Shown in pieces: positions 49,263 through 62,920 of a DNA stretch of 64,000 nucleotides (position 1 is the stretch's first letter; every line of letters begins with the position of its first letter). This DNA comes from Prorocentrum cordatum (lineage: Eukaryota): positions 1-64,000 of the forward strand of contig CAUYUJ010000291.1 of assembly GCA_963575745.1 (NCBI GenBank), written 5' to 3'. The translations under genes and the position numbers were made by a program. Under the pieces are notes generated by a model. It worked only from the letters and a program-made list of their open reading frames with translations. It did no database searches and was not told the DNA's origin.

Positions 49263-50149
49263 TTTCCCCACGGGCATTGCTAGGAACCAGAGAACCAGTA
49301 TTGAAGGCCCACGCTGGGCAACAGCAGCCAGCATAATATCATATGGTTTGGGTAAAGATGCTTCGGATAAAAAAATCTAATGCAATACGAACTTGACGGA
49401 GCATGAGAATGTGGTTGGACTGTTGCCGCATATTACATACTACGTGCCTTCCGTACCGAAACCATTGAATCCCAGCGGGCGCGCGATTCATAATTAGGTG
49501 AAGGCACGGCCGCAAGGGACAAGTTCAGGCGACGGCGGGAATGACTAAGCGAAGCGCAGAATAATAGTTAATTGTTAGGAAAGCGAAAGCGAAAGCGAAG
49601 CTCCCCCGAAAAAGTTAATAGTTAAGAAAGCGAAATCGAAAGCGAACCGCTCGGAAAAAGTTGATAGTTTCGCTTTGAGGTGTCGCGGGGACAGTACATC
49701 TTGACGAAGTATCGAACGAGAGTCCTTGTCGTCGTAGTTGAGCGTCCGCCAACTTGATTGAATCACGCGAAGGTCTCGACCGAGTGCGTCGTTCCTGAGT
49801 TCGGGGGCCTTCCTGGCCAGGGTCTCTCGGAGTAAACCGTGGGGAAGTATCGAGCAGGAACCCTTGTCGTCGTGGCTGGGCTTCCGCCAACTGGATTGAA
49901 TTGCGAGGAACTCTCTAGCGAAAACGCCGTTCCTGAATTCGGGGGCCTCTCTGGCCAGGAGGTATCGGGGTCAGTTGCGAGGAGGCATCGAGCGTGAGCC
50001 GTTGTCGTCGTAGCCGGGCTTCTGCGGGCGCACATTTACCATCGAGCCCGCGCTCGAGCGGGAGCTTTTTTTTCATAGGAGTTCCAGCAGGCGTCGGGGC
50101 GAGAGCGCGCAGAACAATTTCCGGATATCAGCGCTGATCATTTTTAATC

Positions 50150-52001
50150 AACGACAACGACGACGACGACAACAATCACATTAATATTGTTCGCTCCTAT
50201 CTGCTCGCAGCCCACTCAACGCGTATATTCCAAAACCCTCGATGCCCGCCCTCTCCGTCTTCGATCATGCCCCCTTGGGGTGTATATCTTTCTTACCTGC
50301 AACGTGTATTTCGCGCCGCCCCTAAGGCAGGGGAAGAGAGGGCGCATGGAAGGAAGGGGCAAGGGGGAGGGAAGTGGATGGAGCACGAGAGAGTAGCAGG
50401 AGGAGGGCTAGGAGCAGAAAGCACGCGGCAGAACCATGCGGGCAGATCGGGCGGGCAGACCCTAGCCGGCGGGTCGGGAAGGCGGGCCCAAGCGGACAGG
50501 TCAAGCAGGCGGGTTGCAAATAAATCGTCCGGAACTCCACAGCAAAAGCGCGATGCTTGAATGTCGAGGGCGCGGCGTCTGAATAAATGGCGAGGAAGCC
50601 CCGCGGGAGAGCGCGATTCCCGTGTCTATTTTGAAGACGTCCCGCGCGAGAGCGTGATTTGGGAGAGAATTGTGAGGGAAGGCAGGGGCCGTTGTTGTGG
50701 AAGTTCGGGGGCCAACAACGGAGTTTGGTCACCCTTCGCCTTCCCATGTAAAAAACTGGGTGCGAGCACCGGGGGGAAGCACTTAAATTGAGACACTACA
50801 GTGGTTACTGGGCAGGGGGGATCAACAGTAGTTATTTACTTGACATGAGAACCAAGCAGCAAAAGCAACAACAGCAATAGCAGCAGCAGCATAAACAACG
50901 ACGACGACAACAACAGCAGCAACAACAACAACGACGACGACGACAACAGCAACGCCGACGACGGCACACATTTTACGTCTGTTCGCTCTGACCTGCTCGC
51001 GTGCCATTCAACACGTATATCCCAAACACTATGTACTTGTCGTTTTTGTCTTCGATCGTATCCTCTCTTGGGCGTGCATCTTCCTTGCCTGCCGCGCGTA
51101 GCTGGCGCGGCTCTTAAAACAGGGGAAGGAGGGGGGAATGAAGAGACAAGGGGGAAGGAGAAGGATGGAACGCGATAGAAATTCACAGGAGGAGGGTTTG
51201 GAACAGGAACACAACCGGCAGAACCAGCCTGGCGTGTCGGGCGGGCGGGGTCAATTGGGCAAGTCGCGCGGGCGGGCCCAGACGGCCAGGTCGAGCGGGC
51301 GGGTCGGTAAAGCGTCAACACATCATGGAGGAAAGGAATTTCGAGCGATAGCGCGATTCCCAAGTATATCGCAAGGAGATCCAAAGCGAGATCGTGATTC
51401 CTGAGTTTAAGGGGCACGGCGCCGCAATACATTCGGAGGAAAGAGAGAGAGAGCGTGATTCTTGGATAAACTATGAGGAAGTCCCGCGCGAGAGCGCGAA
51501 TTTAAAATGCACTGTGGCAGCATAAAGGCGGAGCCGCTGAGGTTGTAAACCGGAGTTTCGGGGCGCAGTTTGACGTCCGCAGATTCTCCCTGATAGGGAA
51601 CAGGGTGAGAGCCCAAGGAGGAACACTTCAATGGAAAAAGTACAAGTGTCACCGGGGGGCAGCAACAAGAAGAAGAAGAAGAAGAAGAACAACAACAACA
51701 ACAACAACAATAACAACGACAGTATCAGCGACAGCAACAACAACAGCAACAATAATTTTAGGACCGTTCGCCCTTATATGCTCGAGTGTCCAATAACGTG
51801 TATTTCCCAAACCCTCCATACCCGCCCTCTTCGTCTTCGATCGAACTTCATTCGGGGGGTATGCCTTTTTTCCCTGCAGGCCGGGCCCCGGCAAGCGGCG
51901 GGGCGGCCGCGGACCGTCGGCCTGGCCAGCGGCAGCGCTGATCGGCGGGGCGGCCGCGGACCGTCGACCCGACCCCAAGAGGGACGGACAGGGGACCGAC
52001 C

Positions 52002-52043
<42 letters not shown>

Positions 52044-53230
52044 TCGAAGACGACGGCGACGACGACGACGACGGCGACGACGAGCGAAAGCGAGAGCGAG
52101 AGAGAACGACAGCAGGGCCACGAAGGGCACGAAATAGGCCACGAAGGGCGACAGCGGGGACACGAAAGGAATGCGTATGGGGCCACGAAGAGCGGGGGCC
52201 ACGAAGTGCAGATAATGCGAGGCCACAGAAGGCAATTATAGGACCAATGAGGGTAGCAACTGGGCCACGTAGGACAGTGAGGGGGCCACAAACGGCGACA
52301 GCGGGGCCACGAAGGGCACGCACATGGGGCCACAACGGGCGCGACTCCTGGGTGCCTGGGTGTCGGGACCGCGGCGCGTAGGCAAATTGCAGGAAATTCC
52401 AACGCAAGGCCATTTTTCAGTAAGTTGCAAGCTAGTCTCCAGCGAGAGCGCGACTCCAGAGCGCCGGGAGAGCGATTCCTGAATAAATTGTAAGGAAGTC
52501 CCAAGCGAGAGCGCGATTCTTGAATCAAATGCGAGGAAGTCTCGGGCGGGAGCGGGGGTCATGGCTAAATTGTGAGGAAGTCTGAGGCGAGAGCCGTTGT
52601 TGTTGTAACCCGGGGGCCAGGGGCCCAGTTTGAGCAGGAAGATTTCCCCTGTCCAAAAACAGGGTGCGAGCGTCGAGGGGCACACTTTGATTGAGGAAAA
52701 ACAGTATGCACCGGTGGGGGGGATCAACAAAAGTTATTCTTCAGAAATCAGAATTCAACAACGTACACAACCACAACAACACCGACAACAACAGCAGTCA
52801 TTTTAACACTGTTCGTTCTTACCTGCTCGCGTCCCATTCAAGGCGTATATCCCAAACTCGCGATACTTGCCCTCTTCGTTTAAGATCGTACACCCTCGGG
52901 GGGTATATCTTCCTTACCTGTCGCGTGGGCGGATGGAAAGGGTGGTGGAGAAGGATGGAACACAAGAGAAATTAGCAGGAGGAGGGCTAGGAGCAAAGAG
53001 CACGTGGCAGAACAAGACGACCTGATCGGGTGGGTAGACGACCCTAACGGGCGGGTCGGGCAGGCGGGCCCAAGCGGCCAGGTCGAGAAGGAAGGTTGCT
53101 GAAGCGTGATGATTGCATGAATCGCCAGGAGGTCTCGAGCGATCGCGCGATTCCCAGGTACATCGTGAAAAGGCAAAGCAAGAGCGTGATGCCTGAGTGT
53201 CGAAGGCGCGGCGTTTGAATGCATTCGCGA
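50150..53230 (+). repeat. Four diverged tandem copies of a ~0.8-1.0-kb unit
   Basis: Shared core after (CAA)/(GAC) runs at ~50188, 50980, 51765, 52810. Confidence 0.82.
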
Positions 53231-53279
53231 AGAACTCCCACGCGGGCCTGCGGTCGTTCCGGAGAGGGCGGGCGCTAGA

Positions 53280-54680
53280 GTTCAAGTCGGGCATCATGGC
53301 CGCTCTGACGCGACAGACCAGACCCGCGCCTACGACCAAGTCAACGACGGCATGGGGCACGCCAGGTCCTTTTCGTTCGATGGCTTCAGAAGCCTGACAA
53401 CCAGGCCAGGGCCTACAGGCAGGGCCCACGTGACAAAGACGGCAGTGTCGCAGGAAACGGGGGCATCGCAGACCCAGAAAGTGCAGCGCAAAGATGGCCA
53501 AGGCGGTGCGCGAGCTGAACCTCCCCGTCCGCATCGGGAACGGCACTTCCAGCAACGAGTGTGGAGGGCGAGGGGGCTGTTTCCATTGCTGCGCCTCCTT
53601 CCACATGCGCACCAGCAGGGCCAACCACGAGACCGTCGCCCAGGAGGACTCGGGTGCTGGAGGGAAGCTGCAGGCGACGCCGCGCGTGAACGTGGCTGCA
53701 GAGTTATTTGCGATGAGAGCTCCAGAGCAAGATTTGAACGACGAGGGCAAGGACGACGCATGGGCTACCGCTCGGGCATTGGAGGCGGTGGCCAAGGTCC
53801 TGAGCACGGATTTCGTAGCATGGAAGAAGCAAGCGGGCCAGTGGCACCTCTCCGCGACGCCCAATGACGTTGCCATGTCAAGCAGCGGGGCTATGGGCCT
53901 CGTGAAATAGCCTGCGCCACCATCGAAAACAAGGGCGAGGACCTCACCGACGACGCCCGAGCCTTTGTCAAGCCGCGTTGCCAGGAGTGCCCAGGGACTG
54001 CCCACTCCGACTCCGAAAGCCAAGGCCGAAGTGCGTCCGCCCTCCACCAGGGGGGCCAGAAGCGCACTCGGACTCGATGAGCCAGCCGACCCTGCAGGTG
54101 AAGAAGGGGCTACACATGTTCTCACCTTTCGCATTGGGATTGCGAATGCGGATGGAAACTGGCCCCGGACAACCAGACGGCGATATCCTTTCCTTCGCGC
54201 GCAAGGGCTCACTCATTGCCGACGGCGTCGAGGCACCGATGATCTACCTCCAGTGCCCGCAGACGCACGGCAGAATCGTTGCAGCGTCACTCTCGCGGCC
54301 GCCATGGCGAAAGGCAAGAGAGACAGAGCACGGGGGCGCTTCGAGGCCCGGTGGGCCGAACAGCCGCAGCACATTCGCGATGTTACTTGCGAAGTTCGAG
54401 GGGGCCAGCCCGCGCGGCCCAGCGCTCTCCGATGCGCCAGACGTTCTACTGCTGCATCAAATGCGGGCGCAACGCTCATCTTCCCAAGCTCAAGTCCTCG
54501 CCGTGCAAGCGCAGGCCCTCGGGTTCGCTATGCAGATGGCCGCGGCGCGCAGGATCGGATAGCCGCGTTCGCCCAGTCCGTGGCCAAAGTCCGCCGACGG
54601 GGCCAAGAAGAACTGGATGAAGCAATCCGCCCCTCTTCGTCGACACGCAGCGGCCCACCTGTTGACGGGGTCCGCTCTTG
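53280..54680 (+). pseudogene. Decayed coding fragment, possibly the Cys-rich 3' part of a non-LTR element
   Basis: Broken ORFs; FYCCIKCG...LKSSPC motif. Confidence 0.3.
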
Positions 54681-54929
54681 AGCAGCGGTCGAGGAGGTTG
54701 CGGCGGCGGCCCTAGGGGCGCTGCTCGGGAGCCAGCTCAGAAGAAGCAGAAGGCCGCAACGTCGGCCAGCAGCGCCGGCGGGGCTCGACGGTCAGACGGC
54801 CCGCCGAGCAAGAAAGCGCGGCTTTCTGATCCAAGGGCTGTTTGCGCAGGCCAGAATTCGAAGACTGCGCGCGCGGCGGCTTCAGGGGCATATCAATCTC
54901 ATGCCATTTTTACACCATCGCCCCTTTGC

Positions 54930-55655
54930 CAGAGAGCCAGGTTTGAACATGCAGTAACTCGGAGCGCGTCTAGCACTTGAACTGCCCGTTTAAAACTTCG
55001 GTGGCAGGCGGGCTAGAGCGACAAACCTGAAACCTATAAAACAGAGAACCCTCGCCAGGGTGAACATCCGACGCAGCAGCAGAAGACGAACCAGGAGTGG
55101 CGAGCGGTTTCGAGAGGGGGGCCACCTTCCGAGAGGTGATTCGATCCAGCAAGATCGCTCTCTGAGAAGGGCCAGACACAAAATGCACGCTCGGCGCCCG
55201 ATCGAACATCAGACCTCGGCCGGGCCTTCGAAAGCGGGTGGCTGGCTGATACCTTTGGAATGCACGAGCCCCCAGGCGAGCAGGGCGGGGGCCGATGCTA
55301 TGACCGCGGAGAAGGAGCATGCGTGCCATGTAGTAGAAGGCGGCGTTCCTAGGGTTGCAGGAGGTGTGCAAAAGCGCGTTTAAAGACGCTCGTTTACACC
55401 GTCGCCCCTGAACCAGGGATCCAGGCTTGAACATGCATTAACTCGGAACGCGCCCAGTGCTTCAATTTGCTGGTTAAAGTTTCTGGGCAGGCGGGGTAGG
55501 GCGACAACCCTGAGACACATGAAGGAGAGAGCCCTCGCCAGGGAGAACATCCGACGCAGCGGCAGAAGACGGGCCAGGAGCTGCGAGCGGGCCCGAGAGA
55601 AGGGGCACCTTCCGAAAGGTGATTCAATCCCCAGCAAGACCGCCCTCTGAGGAGG
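54930..55655 (+). repeat. Direct duplication (~54930-55170 and ~55410-55655)
   Basis: TTGAACATGCA.TAACTCGGA.CGCG...CCCTCGCCAGGG.GAACATCCGACGCAGC present twice. Confidence 0.8.
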
Positions 55656-56075
55656 GTCATGCGAAAAGGACACGCGCGGCACCTGACCGAACGGCAGGCC
55701 TCGGTCGGGCCTTCGAAACCCGGGTGCTGAAACCCCAGTCCCGACCTGCACAGACTGGCACCTGCGCTTCAGCCTTGAAGGATAGCCGAGCATATCAAGG
55801 GGGGGGATGGGGAGAACATTGTCGTCGCTCTAAACATTTAAAACAAATGATATAAAGAGCATTCATATTTCCTTGAAATCTCATTGACCATGCTAGGAGG
55901 GCGGTGGGGAGAAAACAAGACGGCGCGCGCGCCGCGCGGGGCCGGGGTCGCGAGTTGCTTTCGCAGAGCCCGCGACGCCCCCGCCCCCCCTTGCGCGGAT
56001 TGGCCCGCCGCTCAATTGCCGCCTGTGCGAAGAGGAAGGGAACCGAATACGTGTGTGCGTGTGTATAAGAATGCG

Positions 56076-56077
56076 TG

Positions 56078-56136
<59 letters not shown>

Positions 56137-56235
56137 GCATATTATATGTCTGTGCATATGCATATGCATTTGTATTTGTATGTGTACATGTATTTGTATA
56201 TGTATATGTAAATGTATGTGTACATGTATGTATGA
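56076..56235. repeat. (AT)n/(GTATAT)n microsatellite
   Basis: Direct reading. Confidence 0.95.
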
Positions 56236-56351
56236 CCTTAGAGTTTGAGCGGCCGCGCGTGCGTGCAAAGCAATCTCGGCTCAAGTGCCTCGACTCGCGA
56301 CGTGGCCTCGAGCCTCCCATACTCTTAACCTAACTGCTCCAAGCTGGTCTC

Positions 56352-58900
56352 ATGGCGTCATGGCAGGAATCTGCCCACCACCGCTACGGTTTCTTGACCG
56401 TGCGGGATGTCCTGACGGGCATTCCCGGCAAGGACGTCGCCGCGTTGCAGCTGCGCTGCACCGAGACGACTTGCTACTTCTGCGTGCCCGCAGGCGCCTT
56501 CCAGGACGGGTTCGCGAGCGGCCTGAGGGAGCTCCTGGCGTGCGACGACAATAGGCGACGTCGTCCCTGAGGATATCTTGCAGGTCGAGTGTGTCACGAT
56601 CCCGCTGGAGTCCATCGACTCCTGCGGCGAGGCCCTGAGCTCCGAGCCCTTCCCCTTCGGTCTGGAGGGCTCGCGGCCGGATTCATGCGCCGCGCTGCTG
56701 GCGATGCCCGAGGGCTTCGGGGAAGAGCCCGACGACTTCGCCTCTGCGCCTGCTGGGGATGGCGGGCTCGATGGCCAAGGCCAGGATGCGCCTCCTCTAC
56801 TTGGGCTTCCTCCTCCCGCAGCTCCCAAGCGGCGCGCGGGGGCCGGCCGAGGCGCCGGTGCGCCGCGGCCCACCGCCGCTAGGAATGCAGCGGAAATTGC
56901 CGCGGCGCGCGAGCAGGTGGCCTCCATGACCACCAGCCTCGGGCGGATCGAGGCGGCCATCGCGGGCAGGGGTGGCCCTCTCCCACCGCCCTCTGGCTTC
57001 CGTGCTGCCGCTGCTGCTGTCGCGCCAGGGCTGGCATCCCCTGTTCAGAGGAGGTGGTGGCGGGTCAGGGCCCGACGCTGCTGCCCCGGCCGCTCCTCCA
57101 GCCGCCGCCGCCGACGACCTTGCCTTGCGCCCCGGGCTGCTCGGCGCCGCGCCGCCGCCCATCCCGGGCGCTCTTCAGGAGGCCGCCGTCCTCGCATGGC
57201 CGCCGCCGGCGAGGCGCGCGCCAGTCGCCGGCGCCGCGCCGACGGGTCTGGCCGCTGCCCAACCGCCTGGTTTGGCGCCACCTGCCCGGCCTCGAGCGCC
57301 GCCGCCTCCATCGGGCAGGCAGCCCGCGCATGCCGCGCCCGCGCCCGTTCCCGAGCTGCCAACCGCAGCGCTGGCGGAGGCGCTGCAGGCCATGACGGCG
57401 CAAAGCCGGGCGACAACAGCACTCCTCGCGCAGAATTAGCGGCGGCTGCCGACCCCGTGGCGGCGTTGCTCGGCGGCGGAGGCGACGTGGGCGGCGGGCC
57501 AGGCATGAAACTCCCAGGGGCCACTTAAGGCGCTGCTGCCCTGGAGATCGCGCGCCGGCAGTTGGAGGCGAGTCTGGCGGCCATCGCCGCCACTGTCGGA
57601 CGCAATGCCCGCCGGGCCCTGTCGGCCAGCGACGCGGACGCGGACCCGCGCGTGAATTCAATGCGGGAGTATTTGACGAGAGCCGTCGCCTTTGGTCAGG
57701 CCAAGGGGGTCGCATACTTCGCGTGCGGCTTTGCGACGGTGGTCGACTTCCTGTCCGCTGGCCAGGCGGAGAGAGCGGAAGCGACGCTGCCCCTCCTCAT
57801 TTGCGCCGTCGAGCAGTCCTGCCTCGGCCGGGGCCGCTGGTCGCTGGCGCGGTTGCTCACGCACTTGCCCGAACCGCCCTGGGGTCAGATCTCCCAGAGC
57901 CCGCCGCCCGATCCGCTGCGCCCGTTCGGCCGCCTGGCCGAACCAGCATGGACAGCGGCAGCCATGGCGTGCACCAAGGACGCGGCGGCCCTCAACGAGC
58001 TGCGCCGGAAGACTGGTCCTTGGCAGGACGACGACAGGGGCAGCGACCCCAAGGGCAGGGGCAGGGGGGCCAAGGCAGAGTCACATGCATAGGGGGCTCG
58101 CGGCGGCCCAGGGGGAGGCCGACCCCCCGACACCTCCTCGGCCGTTTTGACGCCGACCTCCCTCGTGCTCAGCAGGAGCGTCTTCTCCTGGACTGGGCGC
58201 GCGCCTTGGGGGCCTCGTTCGCAGCTACTGGCGCCGCGCTGGGCGCTTGGATTTCCTCCGCGATGTACCCCGATCCTCGCGGCAGCCCCCCTCGGGATCA
58301 CTGCCGCGCATCCGGGTCTCGCGCATGGCCCTGCCCACCGCCCTTCCGATGGGCTGACGGGCCTGCCCCCCGCCCCCGCCGACGGCGCGCTCGCTGGCGT
58401 GCCCGTCGCGCGGATCAGGTGCTGACGAAAGTTTTGGTCTGCGCGCTTTCGCAGCTGGCTGCGCGCGGCCGCCGGGTCGCCCCTGCAGCCGCCAGGAGCG
58501 GGGGGGCCCTCACCGAGTCACAGAAGGAGATCTGTGATCGGCTGCTGGGGCTCGCGAGGCTCCACCGCCTGCCCGTCACCTCGGGCGGCCGCGGTACCGC
58601 GAAGTTGAATTCCATGCGCGACTGCGCCGCCAGGGTGCAGGCGGCCGCCCTGGGCAGCACCTGCCGGCCGCCTGCGGCCCTCGCCGGGGGCGACTTAATT
58701 TCCGATCGCGCTGAGTTTCTCACGGTGCCGGCTCGGTTTGACCCCGCCCCCTATTTGGGGCCATTCGACGCGGCGTGCCTCCTGGGGCCCCGGCTTCTCG
58801 AGGTGCCGCGCGAGCTGCGCCCCCCGCCCAGTTGGAGGCGTCCGAGCTCGGCGCGCGGAGATCTTGGAATTCGTCCGAAAGCTCGCGGTCGCCGTAGCGC
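56352..58900 (+). pseudogene. Decayed, 3'-truncated retroelement (DIRS-like gag plus start of a second ORF)
   Basis: Broken ORFs MREYLTR..AVEQSCL..W.LA.LLTHLPEPP..RPFGRLAEPAW..ELRRK with basic tail, then WPCPPPF and RFDPAPYL. Family assignment is from recalled dinoflagellate repeats; no RT or tyrosine recombinase is visible. Confidence 0.5.
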
Positions 58901-59770
58901 CCAGATACCCCGCCAGGACCTCCAGGTCGCCCCTGCTGTAGAGCTCGCAAGAGAATTCCTTGAAGGTATCGAGGCCCTCCACGGCCTGGAACGCCGCCGA
59001 GGCGGCGCGGTGCGAGGCCGAGAGGAGCGGGCGGAGCTGAAAGAAACGCCAGACCTGCCACAAGGCAAAGCCACCCGCCGAGCAGGCCCCCCGGGCGCAG
59101 TGACTCCAGATCGCGAAGATTGCGGAGATTACGCCCTTGCCCATCCAGGCAGCGCCCTTCGTCTTGCTGCTGGCCTTCTTCTCCCCGCTCTTGGGGTCCA
59201 TCTTGACCGACGCCGCCTCCGCTTGCCCGAGCTCGCGCCTCGCGATCAGCCGCTCCGCTGCGATGACCGCCTGCCCCCGCTGCTTCTCCGTCAGCCACCC
59301 CGGGCGCTCGGCCCGCGTCGCCCCGCGCTTGGGACAGGTGTGCATGTGATCTTTGTCCCGAAGATGGATGATCACGACCCGCTGCGCTGGGTCCACCGTT
59401 GTCCGCGTCTGGCTGCCGGCGGTCTCGATGCGCGACGCCAGGGGCATCGCCGCCCCTGCGTCGCGGCCCGTAGCCTGCGCACAGTAGAGGCGATTCCACC
59501 GCGCCCGCGCCGCCATGGACCCAGCAGGAACACCCCGCCACGGCTCGGCGTGGGACCCCAACGGGCTCTCGCTCGTCTCCTCGGGCTCAACCTCCGCGGG
59601 CCCGACGAGCAGCTCGTGGAACGCGCCCAGCTCGGAGAGCGCGACCGCGCTAAGCAGCGCCCAGCCGAGGAGCCCTATCAGTGGGGCCGCGCTGGATGCT
59701 GTCGAGCCCCTGGGCTCGAATCAAGGTTGGAAGGGCCCCGGGGCTCTGGGCGCGGGCCTCGCCCGCGAAT
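58900..59770 (-). pseudogene. Convergent coding-like fragment, probably the 5' end of another retroelement
   Basis: 288-aa minus-strand ORF with protein-like and hydrophobic segments; it truncates the neighbouring element. Confidence 0.3.
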
Positions 59771-60249
59771 TCCTTGAGCCTAAGTTATATCCAGGGAATG
59801 CGGGTACGCGTGCCATGCGATGGGAGGCGGCTTAAGGTTACAGGGGGTGCAGAAGTGTATTTTCAGACGCGTTCATTGGGCTTTTCCTGGATCTCAAGAT
59901 TAACCGTTTTCGGCTTCTGCAATCGGAATGGGAGTGGTAAAAGCGGTGCGAGGCGAGAGCCCACTTTGACGGGCGTTGGCGACGCCCGCTCGGGCCGCGC
60001 CCCTCACTTCCCGAGGACTCGCTCTGGCGATCAAGCCCCGCGGCTGCGGCCGTTGCTCCTCCTCGCCCAGCCGACCCCCCTCCCAGGTCGCCTGGTGCAT
60101 TGAGCGCCCAGGCAAGGGAATGCAGACGACAGCGGGCTGAAGGGGCGGCTTTCTTTCTTCCTTTTACGACGGCGCCGCCCACTTCGGCCCCCGTTGCTCG
60201 AGCAGACGGGGGCGCCCAAGAAGACGCGACGACGCTGGCGCCGGGCCCT

Positions 60250-62920
60250 CCAGCCAGACTTCGAGCGCTATCGGTGAAAGTGGCTTGCCTCATTAAAGCT
60301 CGCCTCGCGATGCTCTTGATGTCTGGGCAGGTCGCGGAGGCGGGAGTGGTTTGCGCGCGGGGGTCGCGGCGCGGCGAGCTGGGGCCGCGGTGGGTCACGC
60401 AACGAGCAGCTCGCGGTGGATGGGGCGCCGCGAGTTCCCCGCCGCCACCGCGGGCTGCGTCGACGGGCAGCGGGCGAGGAGCTCCCCGACAAGGCGGCTG
60501 CATCATCGCATGGAAGCGCTCTCCCGACAAGATCTCAGCAGCGCGCGACAACGAGCTGGGCCGCCTGCAACCCCGCTGCGCCCCCTCGGTCTACGGCCCC
60601 CCAGAGGCGAGCAGGTACTGGATCGAGGAAACTTTAGTATCTTCCAGAGCGTGGGCCACGTCAGCCGCCCCACCTGCGTCGCGGGCGACATCGACTTGCG
60701 GCCCATGTACTCGGCTTTCACTTTGCGATGGGCCCTCGACGTCGCCCGCCCCCGGGTAGATCGAGCCGCGACAGCGGCGGGCGCTACTCCGACGCGGGCC
60801 GCCCACCGGGGATCGGGGGGGGCGCCCGTGCACATCTCCGCCGAATTCCTCCCTGGAGCACCTCGCCACGCGCTGATCTCCAGCGAGGTTGCCCCCCTCG
60901 CCGAACAGCAGGCCGAGTGCCTCCGCCGCGCGAGCAGCGCTCTTCGTGCAGCAGCGGGGCAGCAGCGAGGCGGAAATGTTACTCGCGCAGGAGCTCGTCG
61001 ACCAGGGCCGCGGCCCACCAATGCTCCAGGGCGACGGCGAGGACGCGGGCAACGACATGATTTGCCGCCGGCGCTACTGGCACGCCCGCGCCGAGAGGGC
61101 CATGGCGAAGCGCGCATTTCCATCGATAGAATGCGAGCCAGAGCGCCCGAAGGGATCATCACCTACGACGCGATCTACGGCTCACTCCCTCAAACACAGA
61201 GAATGCCAACCTTTCGCTTTGCGCGGGCTGCTCAGACCACGTCGCCGCTTTTCAGGATCTCTTCGTCAAGGAGGCTACCCCGCTGACAAGTTGGCGGCGC
61301 CGCGCTTCAAGCAGCTGGCCCAGGCGGGCCTCGACGACATCTTGACGGCCCAGGCGGTTGGCCAGCCCTCCTACGGCGACGCCCTCCATTGTATTTCCCG
61401 GGCCATCGCCAAGGAACAGGCGCGCCTCCAGCGTCGGGCCAACAAGCGCTGACGCCAGCCTTTTCCCCCCTGCTCTTCGGAGGCGCGGTTAGCAGCTACG
61501 CGAGTATTCAGGCGCTCAACGTCGGCAGCGGCCATGCCATTGAAAGAGATGAGGGGGCAGCGGAACGCCGCCCGCTGCCCGGCGAATTGCGACCCTGGCG
61601 CTCACCCTCAGGATTGGAGACAGCACGCTTCGGATAGGGGGCTTGAATTCTCAGACTTCGAGGCGGCGATGCGGAAAGCCGCAGGATGCCCGGGCTTGGA
61701 CGGTTGAAACTACACAGAGCTCCGCACCCTGGCCAGGCTTTTTCCCACCATCACTCGTGAGGTGTTCAATCTGTGGCTTGATACCTCCCGACGCGCCGTT
61801 CATCTTCGTGGACGTTTATCGCCAGGCTTCTCGGACCGCATATTTGGCTAGCGCGTCGCTGGCGTCCAAGGGCGAGAACGACGCCGGGCCGATCGCAGTG
61901 GCCTCGGTGCTTCTCCGCGCGTGGTTGAGGACACCCTCAGCGGCGGCCCGAGCACCACCAGACGATCTTTGGGCGAACCGCTCAGGTACATCAGTGGCTC
62001 ATGCGATTTCGGCATTGCTGAGGGACTTTTTTGGATCGACGGATGAGGCTGAGATGGACCTGCCTACAGCCCATGAGCATGTCGGACATGCCATCGCGTT
62101 CGGGGGGCTCGACCAGTCCCCCTGACATCGTCAAGTTCGTTTGCGCAGCGGCTTGGGCAAGACCGTTGTTCTGCTCGGTCCACAACGGTGCCTTGGCACT
62201 GCCAATCTATCCCTCCCGGGCTCTGCCACAAGGAGACAGCCTTGCTCTCTGCTCGCTCATCGCCACGATGATGCCGCGGCAACCGCAAGGACGACGACCT
62301 TGCTGCATGGTCGATCGCAGCCTGGTCAGCCCAGCCCACGACCTCCTGCAAGCGGACTTCCAGGAGACGGCCGCGTTCGACGCGTCAACCGGGCGCGTGG
62401 AGAATGCGAGTAAGTGCTAACGGTCGGTAGACCCAGACGCGGCCCTCACCTCCATCGAACACTTTGGCGTGCTGGCCGCGCCGACCGACAGCGGCGTCCC
62501 CGTCGCCATGCGTAACGGCTGGATTAAGGGTGAGGCATCGATCGACGCGCTGTTTCTGTTCCAGGCTCTCAGCACGTCCGCAGTCGGCTTGCGATGGCGT
62601 GTGTGCGCCCAATGTGGGCGCGGGCGGGTCCTATCTTGTCGCCGCCGCCGCCGGCCTTGTCCCGTCGCCTCGCGAAGGCGATCCTGCGTTCGTCTACGAC
62701 TTGGCAGTGCTGTGGCAGGTGGCGAGCTCAACGCGCCCTCCTCGGCCCCGTCTTCTCGTTGGCCATCATGGGCATCCAACAGGCCAAGGACGAGAAGATA
62801 GAGTGGTCTGGTTTCCTGGACAAGCTACGGAGCTCTACGCAAAGCATTTTCCCGCGCATGGCGTCTTGAAGCAAACGGATCCTTCGGATGATCACATAAT
62901 CACAAAGTTAATGAAAGTAT
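60250..62920 (+). pseudogene. Decayed non-LTR retrotransposon (APE endonuclease plus RT)
   Basis: EN relics GGCIIAW, SVYGP, VAGDID; RT relics GPIAVASVLLRAW, EMDLPTAHEHV, ALPQGDSLA, CMVDRSL (YxDD-like), ENASKC; multiple frameshifts. Confidence 0.75.

Noticed and set aside
39070..49560. Classical short pogo TIRs with TA TSD
   Set aside because: No convincing terminal pair found by eye.
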